64,000 bases of DNA from Candidatus Shapirobacteria bacterium (GCA_037142555.1 JBAXAJ010000004.1:21738-85737); one strand, 5' to 3'; numbered from the stretch's first letter, positions 29,381-38,627 are shown. Translations and numbers: made by a program. The notes: generated by a model from the letters alone, not told the origin.

Positions 29381-31186
29381 TTATTCAAGTTCGAAGGCTT
29401 GTAGATGAATTTTTTTGGCTGTCTTATCGTCAGTATTAAAATATGAGGCTTGGAAAGTATATCTATATTTATTTATTTTTTTGTCTTGATAAATGTCAGT
29501 AATGATTAGTTTCCAAAGAATTTCTGGGCCAATCACTTGAGAATATTTTTCGATTAATTCAATTGGATCTTCTTTAGAATCTAGAATTATGTTGGCATCA
29601 AGAGTTATTATCTGAGAAGTTAGTTCAGTGGCATTATTGTTTTTATTTTCGGGAATATATTTATCTGGTTTTGGTAAATCATCAATGATAATTTCAGCAA
29701 AATTATTATCGATGATGTTATTTGGTAAATTTAATTTTTGAAGATCATCAATGAGTTGTTTTGAATCATAGTTATAAATTCCTAGTGCATTCTTTTCAAT
29801 AAAGTTGTCCCCTTCTTTGTAGAAAATCTTGGCAATTTCAAAAAATTGAGTTGGTGGAAGTTTAAAACGTTCATATTGATCAAGTTGTTGTTTTAGAGAT
29901 GGGATTAAAGATTGGCGAAGATAAATAGCTTCTGAATTAATGCTGTTTTCAGTGGTTATGACAGTCTTCTCGTTAGTTGGAGTTGTCACTAGAGGCCAAG
30001 ATAGAATTTCATCATAAGCAAATTTGGTTAATTGATCTTTTAATGACTCTATTAAATAAATTTCTTTTGGAGTGATGTCAGTTGTTTTTTTAAAAGATAG
30101 TGGTTGGTCGGTTGGGATTTTTTGATAGCCCCAGAAACGGACAACTTCTTCAATTAAGTCGGCTTCGATAGAAATGTCTTTTCTTATGCTAGGAGGAGTA
30201 ACTGAGATTTTAGATTTTAGATTGTAGATCGTAGAGCCGAGTCGAGTGAGACAGTCGAGAGAAAAATCGTTGGGGATTTCGATGCCAGAAACTAGAGAGG
30301 CTTTGTTTGGATCAAATTCTATTTGAGGGATTTTCAGTTTATTTGGGTAATAGTCAAAGATTTGTGAAGAAATTTGGCCACCACAATTTTCTAATATGAG
30401 ATTAACGAGGTGGTTAAAAGCTTGAGGGACTAATTCTGGGTCGAGATCTTTTTCGAGCCGGACACTGGCTTCAGTGACTGATTTTAATTGACGGCTGTTT
30501 TGGCGAACTGTGCCACGGTCGTAGACAGCGACTTCGATGATAGTTTCGGTGGTGTCTAGATTAATTGCACAAGACTCCCCTCCCCAGAAACTAAGACTGA
30601 GAGCTTTGTCTGGACTATTAATCATTAGAATGTCATTATTTATGTTTAATTTTGAACCATCAAGACTGGTGAATTCTTTAAATTTAGAATTCATTTCCCA
30701 AATGAGATTTTCACCAGACTTAGTGGTGTCAAAAGCATGGTTTGGAATTCCATATAGGAACATTATGTAATTAGTTAAGTCAACAATGGTGTTAATGGAA
30801 TTAGTGTTATGACATTTTAAAAATGTTTGTAGCCATTGAGGAGAATTATTGTTTTTTAAATCAGAGATTTTTGTGGCCATCACACGTTTTACATTGTCAG
30901 TGGTCACTTTAATATCTAAATCCCTCTGTCCTTCGGACATCTCCCTTTGATAAAAGGGAGAAATTAATTTGGTGTTGTAGAAAACTGAGAGATCGCGGGC
31001 AAGACCATAATAACCAAGACAATCTCCCCTGTTAACTTTAATATCTAGATCAAAAACTATTTCATTATCAATTTCTTCAAAAAAATTAGTGAAATGACCA
31101 ATCATAGTTAAGTCATCTCTTAATTTTTTATAATCAGAATGGAGATCTGGGAGAAATTTTTTGAGTTGAGAATATATTATTTTCAT
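29381..31186 (-). CDS. pheT: Phenylalanyl-tRNA synthetase beta subunit (reduced)
   Basis: NRGDCLG..GLARD, VDLTNY, HAFD, PSIRKDI.IEADLIEEVVR; apparently lacks the B2 OB domain. Confidence 0.92.
   Translation of the reverse strand: MKIIYSQLKKFLPDLHSDYKKLRDDLTMIGHFTNFFEEIDNEIVFDLDIKVNRGDCLGYYGLARDLSVFYNTKLISPFYQREMSEGQRDLDIKVTTDNVKRVMATKISDLKNNNSPQWLQTFLKCHNTNSINTIVDLTNYIMFLYGIPNHAFDTTKSGENLIWEMNSKFKEFTSLDGSKLNINNDILMINSPDKALSLSFWGGESCAINLDTTETIIEVAVYDRGTVRQNSRQLKSVTEASVRLEKDLDPELVPQAFNHLVNLILENCGGQISSQIFDYYPNKLKIPQIEFDPNKASLVSGIEIPNDFSLDCLTRLGSTIYNLKSKISVTPPSIRKDISIEADLIEEVVRFWGYQKIPTDQPLSFKKTTDITPKEIYLIESLKDQLTKFAYDEILSWPLVTTPTNEKTVITTENSINSEAIYLRQSLIPSLKQQLDQYERFKLPPTQFFEIAKIFYKEGDNFIEKNALGIYNYDSKQLIDDLQKLNLPNNIIDNNFAEIIIDDLPKPDKYIPENKNNNATELTSQIITLDANIILDSKEDPIELIEKYSQVIGPEILWKLIITDIYQDKKINKYRYTFQASYFNTDDKTAKKIHLQAFELE
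30204..30234 (-). repeat. AAATCTA-type heptamer repeat, in frame in pheT
   Basis: Plus strand gagattt-tagattt-tagattg-tagatcg-taga; encodes STIYNLKSKIS. Confidence 0.65.
30918..30963 (+). repeat. Two-hairpin palindromic repeat (family A), in frame in pheT
   Basis: AAATCCCTC-[TGTCCTTCGGACA]-TCTCCCTTT-GATA-AAAGGGAGA; encodes SPFYQREMSEGQRD. Confidence 0.75.
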
Positions 31187-32193
31187 AGTTCGTTTGTTTT
31201 GTAGGCTAAATTGCCTCCCATTAGAGTTCTAATATCTTTAATATTTTTTTGAGCCATGGTCCAACGATCTAGTCCCATTCCAAACGCAAAACCAGACCAA
31301 ACTTTTGGATCGATTCCGGCCATTTCGAGAACTTTTGGATGAATCATTCCAGAACCACCCATTTCAATCCAACCGGCATATTTACAGAGAGGACAACCTT
31401 TACCTTGGCAATTGAAACATTGCATGTCTGGGCCAACACCTGGAGCAACTTCAGGATAATATTTTGATCGGTAACGGACAATAACATCTGGACCATAAAG
31501 AGTTTTAAACATTAGATCCATAGTCCCAACTAAATCTTTGATAGTTATATTTTTATCAACAACAACAGCTTGATATTGGTGAAAGATGAAATGATTAGAA
31601 CGATTGACTTTTTCGTTTCGAAAAACTGAACCAGGAAAAGCGGTTCTAATTGGCAAATCTTTATTTTTTTGAGCTAATAGATAGGCTTCAATGGCTGATG
31701 TTTGAGTTCTTAAAAGATATTCTGGTTCTTTAATGTAGATGCTGTCTTGCATGTCTCGAGCTGGATGGTTTTTAGGAACATTGAGACGAGTGAAATTAAA
31801 TTCGTCGGTGACAATTTCTGGGCTGTTATAGATAGAAAAACCAAGTTTTCGAAATACTTCGTTTAATTGTCTTTCAGTTTGAGTGATTGGATGAAGATGG
31901 CCCACCTTTGGTAAAGAAAAAAACGAATTTCTAATTTCTAATTTCGAAATTTCGGTTTTGGAAACATTTTGAGATAAAAGTGATTGTTCTAGTTCGGTTT
32001 TAAGTTGATTTAGATCGGCTCCGTATTGTTTTTTGTTTTCGTTTGGAATTTCTTTAATTTTAGAAAATAGGTCGTTTATTAAACCATTGCGGCCAAAAAG
32101 TTCGATTCGAAGAGATTCGAGCTCTTTGTCAGTTTTAATTTCAGCAATTTTAGTTTGATATTGACTTTTAATTGCTTCTAATTTTTGGTCCAT
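31183..32193 (-). CDS. pheS: Phenylalanyl-tRNA synthetase alpha subunit
   Basis: GHLHP, HPARDMQD, LLRTQTS, GFAFGMGLDR. Confidence 0.96.
   Translation of the reverse strand: MDQKLEAIKSQYQTKIAEIKTDKELESLRIELFGRNGLINDLFSKIKEIPNENKKQYGADLNQLKTELEQSLLSQNVSKTEISKLEIRNSFFSLPKVGHLHPITQTERQLNEVFRKLGFSIYNSPEIVTDEFNFTRLNVPKNHPARDMQDSIYIKEPEYLLRTQTSAIEAYLLAQKNKDLPIRTAFPGSVFRNEKVNRSNHFIFHQYQAVVVDKNITIKDLVGTMDLMFKTLYGPDVIVRYRSKYYPEVAPGVGPDMQCFNCQGKGCPLCKYAGWIEMGGSGMIHPKVLEMAGIDPKVWSGFAFGMGLDRWTMAQKNIKDIRTLMGGNLAYKTNEL
31924..31953 (+). repeat. TTTCTAA heptamer repeat within pheS
   Basis: cgaa-tttctaa-tttctaa-tttcgaa; encodes EISKLEIRNS on the minus strand. Confidence 0.7.
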
Positions 32194-32226
32194 AGTTATG
32201 GTTTATTATATCTAAATAATAATAAA

Positions 32227-32254
32227 AAAGCTCTCCGAAGTCTCGGAGAGCTTT
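32227..32254 (-). terminator. Hairpin/terminator after rplT
   Basis: AAAGCTCTCCGA-AGTC-TCGGAGAGCTTT with a T tract on the minus strand. Confidence 0.75.
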
Positions 32255-32277
32255 AAATTTTGAAAGAGAAAGTTCTC

Positions 32278-32619
32278 CTATTTTACGGCTTCAATGACGG
32301 CTTTAAAGGCAGCTGGATCATTAATAGCTAATTCTGAGAGAACCTTACGATTTAAATCGATTTTTTTATCTTTAAGCATTCTGATAAAAACTGAATAGCT
32401 TATTTCAAAAGGTTTTAGTGCAGCATTAATTCTGACAATCCAAAGTTGTCTGATGTCTCTTCTTCTAATGCGTCGACCATTGTAGGCATATTTACCTGCA
32501 TGCATCACGGCTTCGTGAGCGACTTTATATCTTTTATGACGTGTCATCCAAAAACCCTTAGCAAGCTTGAGGATTTTTTTGTGAGCGGCGCGTCTGGTTG
32601 TTCCTGTTTTAACTCTCAT
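32278..32619 (-). CDS. rplT: 50S ribosomal protein L20
   Basis: MRVKTG, LWIVRINAA, LNRKVLSELA. Confidence 0.97.
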   Translation of the reverse strand: MRVKTGTTRRAAHKKILKLAKGFWMTRHKRYKVAHEAVMHAGKYAYNGRRIRRRDIRQLWIVRINAALKPFEISYSVFIRMLKDKKIDLNRKVLSELAINDPAAFKAVIEAVK

Positions 32620-32624
32620 TTATT

Positions 32625-32834
32625 TTATAATTTACCTAATAACTTTTTAACTCTGATTGCGATAGCTCCAAGAACTGGTTGTTTACCTTTAAGTCGGCGG
32701 AGTTGCTTTTTGCTTTTCTTGCGTCGTAAATGTCGATTAAAAGATGACATACGCAAAACTTTACCGGTTCTGGTGATTTCGAATCTGTTACTGACAGATT
32801 TTTTTATTTTTAGTTTTTTACTTTGTTTCTTCAT
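32625..32834 (-). CDS. rpmI: 50S ribosomal protein L35
   Basis: RFEITRTGKV, HLRRKKS; between infC and rplT. Confidence 0.9.
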   Translation of the reverse strand: MKKQSKKLKIKKSVSNRFEITRTGKVLRMSSFNRHLRRKKSKKQLRRLKGKQPVLGAIAIRVKKLLGKL

Positions 32835-33384
32835 TTTTATTTCCTCCGACTTTTTTAGAAGGTGTGAATGTAAGCATTAATCTTTTTCCGATTAATTTGG
32901 CTTCACCTTCTGGAGAACCAAACTCTTGTAAATCGGTTTTAAACTTTTCGATTAAAGTGTGTCCAAATTCTTGATGATTCATTTGGCGACCTTGGAATTT
33001 TACACTTAATTTGATTTTATTTCCAGCAGTTAAAAATTTTTGCGATCTTTTAAGTCTGGTTTCGTAGTCTCCTTGACCAATAAATGGGGTCATTTGGATT
33101 TCTTTTAGGTCTCCACCCTTGATTCCTTTCTTTTCTGCCTTCTGTTTTTTGGACTCTTGATATTTAAATTTAGAGAAACTGATTAGTTTAACAACTGGTG
33201 GGAGAGCATTACCATTGATTTCGACTAGATCTAGTCCTTCTTCAACAGCTTTTTGACGAGCTTCTTCAATTGAGACGATGCCTATTTGTTTACCATCATC
33301 ACTGAGAAGTCGAATAGTTGGCGCATTAATGTAATGATTTATTTTATAAAATTTTCGGTTTGAATTTGTCTTGAAACTACTCAT
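32818..33384 (-). CDS. infC: Translation initiation factor IF-3
   Basis: GLDLVEI, PPVVKL, KFKYQ, FQGRQ. Confidence 0.95.
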   Translation of the reverse strand: MSSFKTNSNRKFYKINHYINAPTIRLLSDDGKQIGIVSIEEARQKAVEEGLDLVEINGNALPPVVKLISFSKFKYQESKKQKAEKKGIKGGDLKEIQMTPFIGQGDYETRLKRSQKFLTAGNKIKLSVKFQGRQMNHQEFGHTLIEKFKTDLQEFGSPEGEAKLIGKRLMLTFTPSKKVGGNKNEETK

Positions 33385-33393
33385 ATAATTTGT

Positions 33394-35172
33394 CTATTTT
33401 ACCAGATTTAGGCTCTTTTTTGCGATTTGAGTTTTAAGAGAATCTATAAAATCGTTTAATGTCATAGAACCAAGGTCTTGACCATCGCGTTGACGGACAG
33501 AAATAGTGTCGTTTTCGACCTCACGAGCACCGATAATGACCATATATGGTATTTTATCCCCGGCTGCAATTCTGATCTTGTTTTGCATGGTTTCAGCTTT
33601 GTCATCGATTTCAACTCTAATTCCATTTTCTTTTAGAGTTTGTTCGACTTTTTTAGCATATTCCAATTGACCATCAGTGATAGGAATCACTTTAACTTGA
33701 GTTGGAGAAAGCCAAAGTGGGAAATTACCTTTATATTTTTCAATAAGGAAAGCCATTGTTCTTTCAAGACAACCAATAGATGAACGATGAATAACCACTG
33801 GTCTTTCTTCTTTGCCTTCTTTATTTGTAAAAACTAAATCAAATCTATCTGGCATGACAAAATCATATTGAACTGTAAAAGCAGTTTCTTCTTTACCACC
33901 AGCTTTTTTGACTTGGATATCAATTTTTGGACCATAAAAAGCGGCTTCATTAGCTGCTTCATAAAATGGTGCTTTTAATTCAACCAAAACACTTCGAAGA
34001 ACATTCTCAGCATATTCCCAAGATTCATCATCTTTGTAATATTTTTTGGTATCATTTCTGTCACCTAAAGATAGGCGGAATCGATAATCAACACCTTTGG
34101 TCATGCCAAGTGTGCCATTAATGAAATCAACTAATTCTAGAACTTCTTTTATAACTTGTTTTGCCTGTTCTTTGGCACTAATTATGTGAGCATCGGCTAA
34201 ACAGAACATTCTTACTCGAGTTAAACCAGATAATTCACCACTTTTTTCGTAGCGATATTGATGAGCAATTTCGCCAATTCGATAAGGTAAATCTCGATAA
34301 CTATGAGGTTCTGACTTATAAAACATGAAATGGTGGGGACAAGTCATTGGTTTTAAAATCAATTCTTCTTCATCAATTTTCATGATAGGATACATAGTAT
34401 CTTTGTAGTATGGATAATGTCCTGATTTTTTGTATAAATCAACTTTGGCTAGATCTGGGGTGACAACATGGTGATAACCACGTTTTAACTCTTCATCAAC
34501 AGTAAAACGTTCTAATTCTCTTTTAATAGTGGCACCTTTTGGTCCAAATGTTGGTAATCCTTTGCCGATAATGTCGGAAAAAACAAATAATTTTAAATCT
34601 TGACCAATTTTTCGATGATCATTTAATTTAGCATCTTCTATTTCTTTTAAATATTTTTCCAATTCTTCTTTAGAATCAAAGGCGGTGCCGTAGATTCGAG
34701 TTAACATTTTGTTCTTTTCATCACCATGCCAATAGGCACCAGCAATTGAAAGAAGTTTGAAAGCTTTGATTTGTTTGGTATAACGAAGATGAGGACCACT
34801 ACAAAGATCGACAAATTCATCACCAGTTTTGTAGATAGTAATGACTTCACCTTTATCTTGAATGGAATTTAACCATTCCATTTTGTAAGGGTTATCTTTG
34901 AATAATTCTTTAGCTTGGTCAATGTTGATTTCTTCCCTAGTTATAGGGAAATTTGCTTTAATTGTTTTAGCCATTTCGGCCTCAATTTCAGCAAAATCAT
35001 TTTCACTGACTTTAAAATCCCCTATTGTCTCGAAATCAAAATAAAAACCATCATCAGTGGCTGGCCCCATGGCCATTAAAAATTTATTAGGAAATAGGCG
35101 TTCCATGGCTTGAGTCAAGACATGTTCAGCTGAATGACGAATTGTTTTAAGGTCTGAATTATTTGAATCCAT
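33394..35172 (-). CDS. thrS: Threonyl-tRNA synthetase
   Basis: RHSAEH, DLCSGPH, KPMTCPHH, GLTRVR, AAFYGPKID. Confidence 0.97.
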   Translation of the reverse strand: MDSNNSDLKTIRHSAEHVLTQAMERLFPNKFLMAMGPATDDGFYFDFETIGDFKVSENDFAEIEAEMAKTIKANFPITREEINIDQAKELFKDNPYKMEWLNSIQDKGEVITIYKTGDEFVDLCSGPHLRYTKQIKAFKLLSIAGAYWHGDEKNKMLTRIYGTAFDSKEELEKYLKEIEDAKLNDHRKIGQDLKLFVFSDIIGKGLPTFGPKGATIKRELERFTVDEELKRGYHHVVTPDLAKVDLYKKSGHYPYYKDTMYPIMKIDEEELILKPMTCPHHFMFYKSEPHSYRDLPYRIGEIAHQYRYEKSGELSGLTRVRMFCLADAHIISAKEQAKQVIKEVLELVDFINGTLGMTKGVDYRFRLSLGDRNDTKKYYKDDESWEYAENVLRSVLVELKAPFYEAANEAAFYGPKIDIQVKKAGGKEETAFTVQYDFVMPDRFDLVFTNKEGKEERPVVIHRSSIGCLERTMAFLIEKYKGNFPLWLSPTQVKVIPITDGQLEYAKKVEQTLKENGIRVEIDDKAETMQNKIRIAAGDKIPYMVIIGAREVENDTISVRQRDGQDLGSMTLNDFIDSLKTQIAKKSLNLVK

Positions 35173-35201
35173 TATATGATTATTTTAACAGGAAAATAGT
35201 T

Positions 35202-35684
35202 TTAAATTTGAATGTTAAATTTATTTCTAATATAGGTTTGAGCATTCTTTGCTTCTCTAAAACAGATTATCTCTTTTACTCCGATTTTGTTGATTAAATT
35301 TTCTCCAGTGATTGTTTCTTCAAGATTTAAAAAATTATTATGAGTAATGATGATTAATCTTTTATCTTTTAGACATTTATAGTAATCATTTGGAGTTTTT
35401 TTTGTTTGATTGAAAATTTTTCTTTGGTTTTCGCTATTATGGGAACTACCAATTACATTAGTGCTTAAAATAAGTTCATGGTCATTTAAATGGTAGGATA
35501 AACCATATATTCCTCCTGAAAGACAGGCAAAATCTTTATTCCCTTGGTCGATTAAATTTCTGACTAATTTAGGACTTGAATCTTCTCCATAAATACACGC
35601 AATTATAGTGTTCGCTTTGGAAATATCGAAAATTTTTATATTTTCGATATGTTCTTTTGATATTGGTGAAATAATTTCAGACAT
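35202..35684 (-). CDS. Hypothetical protein directly downstream of tRNA-Val
   Basis: 160-aa ORF; ATG 7 nt after the tRNA 3' end; no motif recognised. Confidence 0.55.
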   Translation of the reverse strand: MSEIISPISKEHIENIKIFDISKANTIIACIYGEDSSPKLVRNLIDQGNKDFACLSGGIYGLSYHLNDHELILSTNVIGSSHNSENQRKIFNQTKKTPNDYYKCLKDKRLIIITHNNFLNLEETITGENLINKIGVKEIICFREAKNAQTYIRNKFNIQI

Positions 35685-35691
35685 AATTTAG

Positions 35692-35765
35692 TGAGTCTAA
35701 GAGGACTCGAACCTCTGACCTCTTCGATGTCAACGAAGCGCTCTAACCAACTGAGCTATAGACTC
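35692..35765 (-). tRNA. tRNA-Val(GAC)
   Basis: Cloverleaf: acceptor GAGTCTA/TAGACTC, anticodon arm CTTCG-TTGACAT-CGAAG, T-loop TTCGAGT. Confidence 0.96.
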
Positions 35766-35779
35766 TTATTATTAAAGTT

Positions 35780-35834
35780 TCTAACCAACTGACCCTCCTT
35801 CGCTAAAGCTACGGACGGGCAAAGGCTAAGACTC
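35780..35834 (-). repeat. Duplicated tRNA-Val 5' fragment interrupted by a 32-bp element (family B, 35793-35824)
   Basis: GAGTCT-TAGC[32 bp]TCAGTTGGTTAGA versus the real tRNA GAGTCTATAGC|TCAGTTGGTTAGA. Confidence 0.85.
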
Positions 35835-35855
35835 GGATAGATGAGATTATATCAA

Positions 35856-36422
35856 TTAATTTGCAGAACGGGAAGCCGAATGTTCACTACTCATTAAATA
35901 TTGTTCACCACCATTTTTACTTTTGGCTTTATTCCAGAAAGCATTTTTCTTTTTGCTCTTGTGCATGAATGATTCCATCCAAGCTCCAGCTTCAGATATA
36001 TTTTGATTGAAATTTACAATTAAGTTTTTGATTCTTTTAAGAAAACCAATTTGATATTCGTTAGCATCAATAACAGGTTGGAAAGCAACTTTTTCAACTT
36101 CAGAATCGAGATTTTTGACAGAATTGACTAATTTTTTGATTTCAGCAGTTAATTCTTTAATTTCTTGTTGGAGTTCAAGACGTTCTTCTCTGACTAAAGT
36201 TTCTTCTTGTCTTTGAATGTTGTTTTGACCAAAGAGATATTCTTTTTTCCAAGTAGATTCGAGTTTAGGAGTTTTATTGACTTCAATGGATTGACCAAGA
36301 TTAAGAATGCCTTTAAGGCTGAATTTAGGCGCGTTATCGACGACTTGTGAAGAAGACTCAAGTTCGTTTTTATTTATATTGTTGTTTTTAAGGTTTTTTT
36401 GAAAACCAAATCCACCTGCCAT
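35856..36422 (-). CDS. Conserved hypothetical coiled-coil protein (DUF5660-like, tentative)
   Basis: Coiled-coil centre; ISEAGAW...KKKNAFW...EQYLMSSEH tail. Confidence 0.6.
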   Translation of the reverse strand: MAGGFGFQKNLKNNNINKNELESSSQVVDNAPKFSLKGILNLGQSIEVNKTPKLESTWKKEYLFGQNNIQRQEETLVREERLELQQEIKELTAEIKKLVNSVKNLDSEVEKVAFQPVIDANEYQIGFLKRIKNLIVNFNQNISEAGAWMESFMHKSKKKNAFWNKAKSKNGGEQYLMSSEHSASRSAN

Positions 36423-36448
36423 AGTGCAATATTATAACACAAAAACGC

Positions 36449-37252
36449 TTATTTTAGAGTTTTCAAGTATTCAAAAACTTTTTGTTGAATTAGAAGATAA
36501 TTAACAAAGTTAATGTTAGAAGCTAAGTTAGGATTATGGCTGATTAAATCTTTAATTTCTTGTTCAGTGACTTGGATTTTTTGATTTTCAGCAATCTTAG
36601 AAATAGCTAAATTAATAGTCCATTCTCTTTCAATTTGAGTTTTGAGAGTTTCTTTATATTGTTCGATAGTTTGCTTTTTATCTTTAAGATATTGATCAAT
36701 AGTTGTTCCAGCTTGGTTAGCTTGATCTATTAATTGGCTAAGGTGATGTTGGATATCGCTTTCAATTAAAATTGCAGGAAATTCGACTTTACTGTTTTTA
36801 ACTAAAACATCAATAGTTTGGTCTATTTTCTTATTTTCTTCTAAATCTTTTGAAGCATTTATTTTTTTAATTTCAGATTCAAATTTTTCATTTAATTCAA
36901 TTTCTGGCAATTCACAGCCGGTTAATTCAATTTCCCAATCTTTTTCAAAAGAAGGTGGAGAGTTTTTGAAGTTAACTTGAGGTTGGATTATTGGTTTTAA
37001 ACCAAGTTCTTTAACCTTATCACTGTAAGCTTTGGAAATTAGGTTGCTGGCTACTTCTTCAATAATGTGTTCTTTAGAAATTTGTTGTTCAACAACATTC
37101 ATTGGAGTTTTACCTTTTCGGAAACCTTTGGTGGAAAGTTCGGACTGAACTGATTTTAAGGAATTTTGATATTCCTTCAAAATGTCTTCTTTTTTGATAG
37201 TGACATTGATAATAAAAGTTTTATTTTTTGTTTCTTTTTTATTTGTCTTCAT
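36449..37252 (-). CDS. tig: Trigger factor lacking the PPIase domain
   Basis: Ribosome-binding GFRKGKTP motif and C-terminal IAENQKIQVTEQEI; only 267 aa. Confidence 0.85.
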   Translation of the reverse strand: MKTNKKETKNKTFIINVTIKKEDILKEYQNSLKSVQSELSTKGFRKGKTPMNVVEQQISKEHIIEEVASNLISKAYSDKVKELGLKPIIQPQVNFKNSPPSFEKDWEIELTGCELPEIELNEKFESEIKKINASKDLEENKKIDQTIDVLVKNSKVEFPAILIESDIQHHLSQLIDQANQAGTTIDQYLKDKKQTIEQYKETLKTQIEREWTINLAISKIAENQKIQVTEQEIKDLISHNPNLASNINFVNYLLIQQKVFEYLKTLK

Positions 37253-37280
37253 AAGTAGGTCTATGATAACATGATTAATA

Positions 37281-37901
37281 GTGATGCAAAAATCAGTAAA
37301 TGGAATAAATAAGCTTGTGTTTTTTTTAGTATTCGGAGTTTTTGTGGTGGTCTTTTTATATGGAGAAATGTTTGCTCTAGTTCAAATGAGAGGGAATGGA
37401 TCTGTTAAAGCTACAAATTTAGATAGTGCTACTAAAATATTGATTGGTAATGCAAAAAACAATGATAAAGATAGTGAAATGATGATGAGTTCGGAAATTG
37501 CTGGTGGTGACGCTAGACCGATGTTGATTAAAAAGTATCTAGAAAAATATAACTCTCCCCTAGCCCCTTATTCAAACTTAATTTTTGAATTGTCTGAACG
37601 TTATGGTTATGAATACTATTGGATAGTGGCAATTGCCCAACAAGAATCTAATTTATGTAAGAAAGTTCCAGAAGAATCACACAACTGTTGGGGTTATGGA
37701 ATTAATAAAGCTGGGACTCTTAAATTCGATAATTATGAGTTAGCTTTAAAAAGCTACGCAGAATATCTAAAACGTGAATATTTTGATAAAGGTAGAAACA
37801 CTACAGAATTGATTATGAAAAAATATTGTCCAAGTTCAAACGGTTCCTGGGCAAATGGAGTGAACCAGTTTATTGAAGAGATGAAAAGTGGTGACTTTTA
37901 A
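37281..37901 (+). CDS. Membrane-anchored lysozyme-like/glucosaminidase-domain protein
   Basis: N-terminal TM; YNSPL, VAIAQQES, HNCWGYG, KKYCP...W..GV. Confidence 0.7.
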   Translation: MMQKSVNGINKLVFFLVFGVFVVVFLYGEMFALVQMRGNGSVKATNLDSATKILIGNAKNNDKDSEMMMSSEIAGGDARPMLIKKYLEKYNSPLAPYSNLIFELSERYGYEYYWIVAIAQQESNLCKKVPEESHNCWGYGINKAGTLKFDNYELALKSYAEYLKREYFDKGRNTTELIMKKYCPSSNGSWANGVNQFIEEMKSGDF

Positions 37902-37920
37902 TGTGTAACTGATTAATATA

Positions 37921-38003
37921 TTGACTTGTCTATAATATTTTGATATATTACATATTAGGTCCCGGGGTGGCTCCTCTAAAAAGCATGCTCTGGGATTTTT
38001 TTT
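37921..38003 (+). ncRNA. Candidate small RNA with its own promoter and terminator
   Basis: TTGACT-17-TATATT (extended TG) followed by hairpin GGTCCCGGGGTGGCT...AGCATGCTCTGGGATT and a T tract; no ORF. Confidence 0.4.
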
Positions 38004-38007
38004 GGTC

Positions 38008-38044
38008 TAAATCCCCCTTTATCCCCCTTTGAAGAAAGGGGGAA
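38008..38044 (+). repeat. Simplified family A palindrome
   Basis: AAATCCCCC-TTTA-TCCCCCTTT-GAAG-AAAGGGGGA. Confidence 0.6.
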
Positions 38045-38063
38045 ATAATATAAAATCAGAAGC

Positions 38064-38627
38064 ATGGGAGTTATTTCAACATCACAATTCAAAAAAGGTA
38101 TTTATATTCTTTTCCAAGACACGCCACATATGGTGGTAGATATTTCTTTTGTTTCACCTGGTAAAGGTTCAGCTTTTTATAGAACAAAGTTAAAGAATTT
38201 ATATACTGGAAGAGTTGTTGAATACACTTATAAATCTGGTGAAAAAGTTGAAGAAGTTTTGGTTGAAACACAAGAAGCAGAATATTCATACTTTGATGGT
38301 TCTAATTATGTGTTTATTGAGCCAAGAACTTTTGAACAATATTTCGTTCCGGCAGAAATTATTGGTGATGATAAGGTTTATTTAAAAGAAGGTCTTTTAT
38401 ATAGAATTAAGTTTTATGATGAAAATCCGGTTGGAATTACTTCGCCAAAGAGTATTGCTTGTATAGTAGTTGAGGCGGAAAATTCGGTCAAAGGTGACAC
38501 TGCAACTTCAGCAACAAAGCTAGCTATTTTGGACACTGGGGCTAGAGTTCAAGTTCCTCTTTTTATAAAAGTTGGAGAAGAAATTTTAATAAATACAGAG
38601 ACAGGATCTTATTTGTCACGAAAATAA
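38064..38627 (+). CDS. efp: Elongation factor P
   Basis: PGKGSAF, KGDTAT, VPLFIKVGE...INTETGSY. Confidence 0.96.
   Translation: MGVISTSQFKKGIYILFQDTPHMVVDISFVSPGKGSAFYRTKLKNLYTGRVVEYTYKSGEKVEEVLVETQEAEYSYFDGSNYVFIEPRTFEQYFVPAEIIGDDKVYLKEGLLYRIKFYDENPVGITSPKSIACIVVEAENSVKGDTATSATKLAILDTGARVQVPLFIKVGEEILINTETGSYLSRK

Noticed and set aside
32818-33384. infC apparently starts with ATG rather than ATT
   Set aside because: The start is uncertain (an internal ATT is possible) and ATG starts occur in other lineages.
35793-35824. 32-bp inserts as archaeal-type tRNA introns or split tRNA halves
   Set aside because: The duplicated fragments stop at about position 25, intact tRNAs are adjacent, and no bulge-helix-bulge motif was evident.
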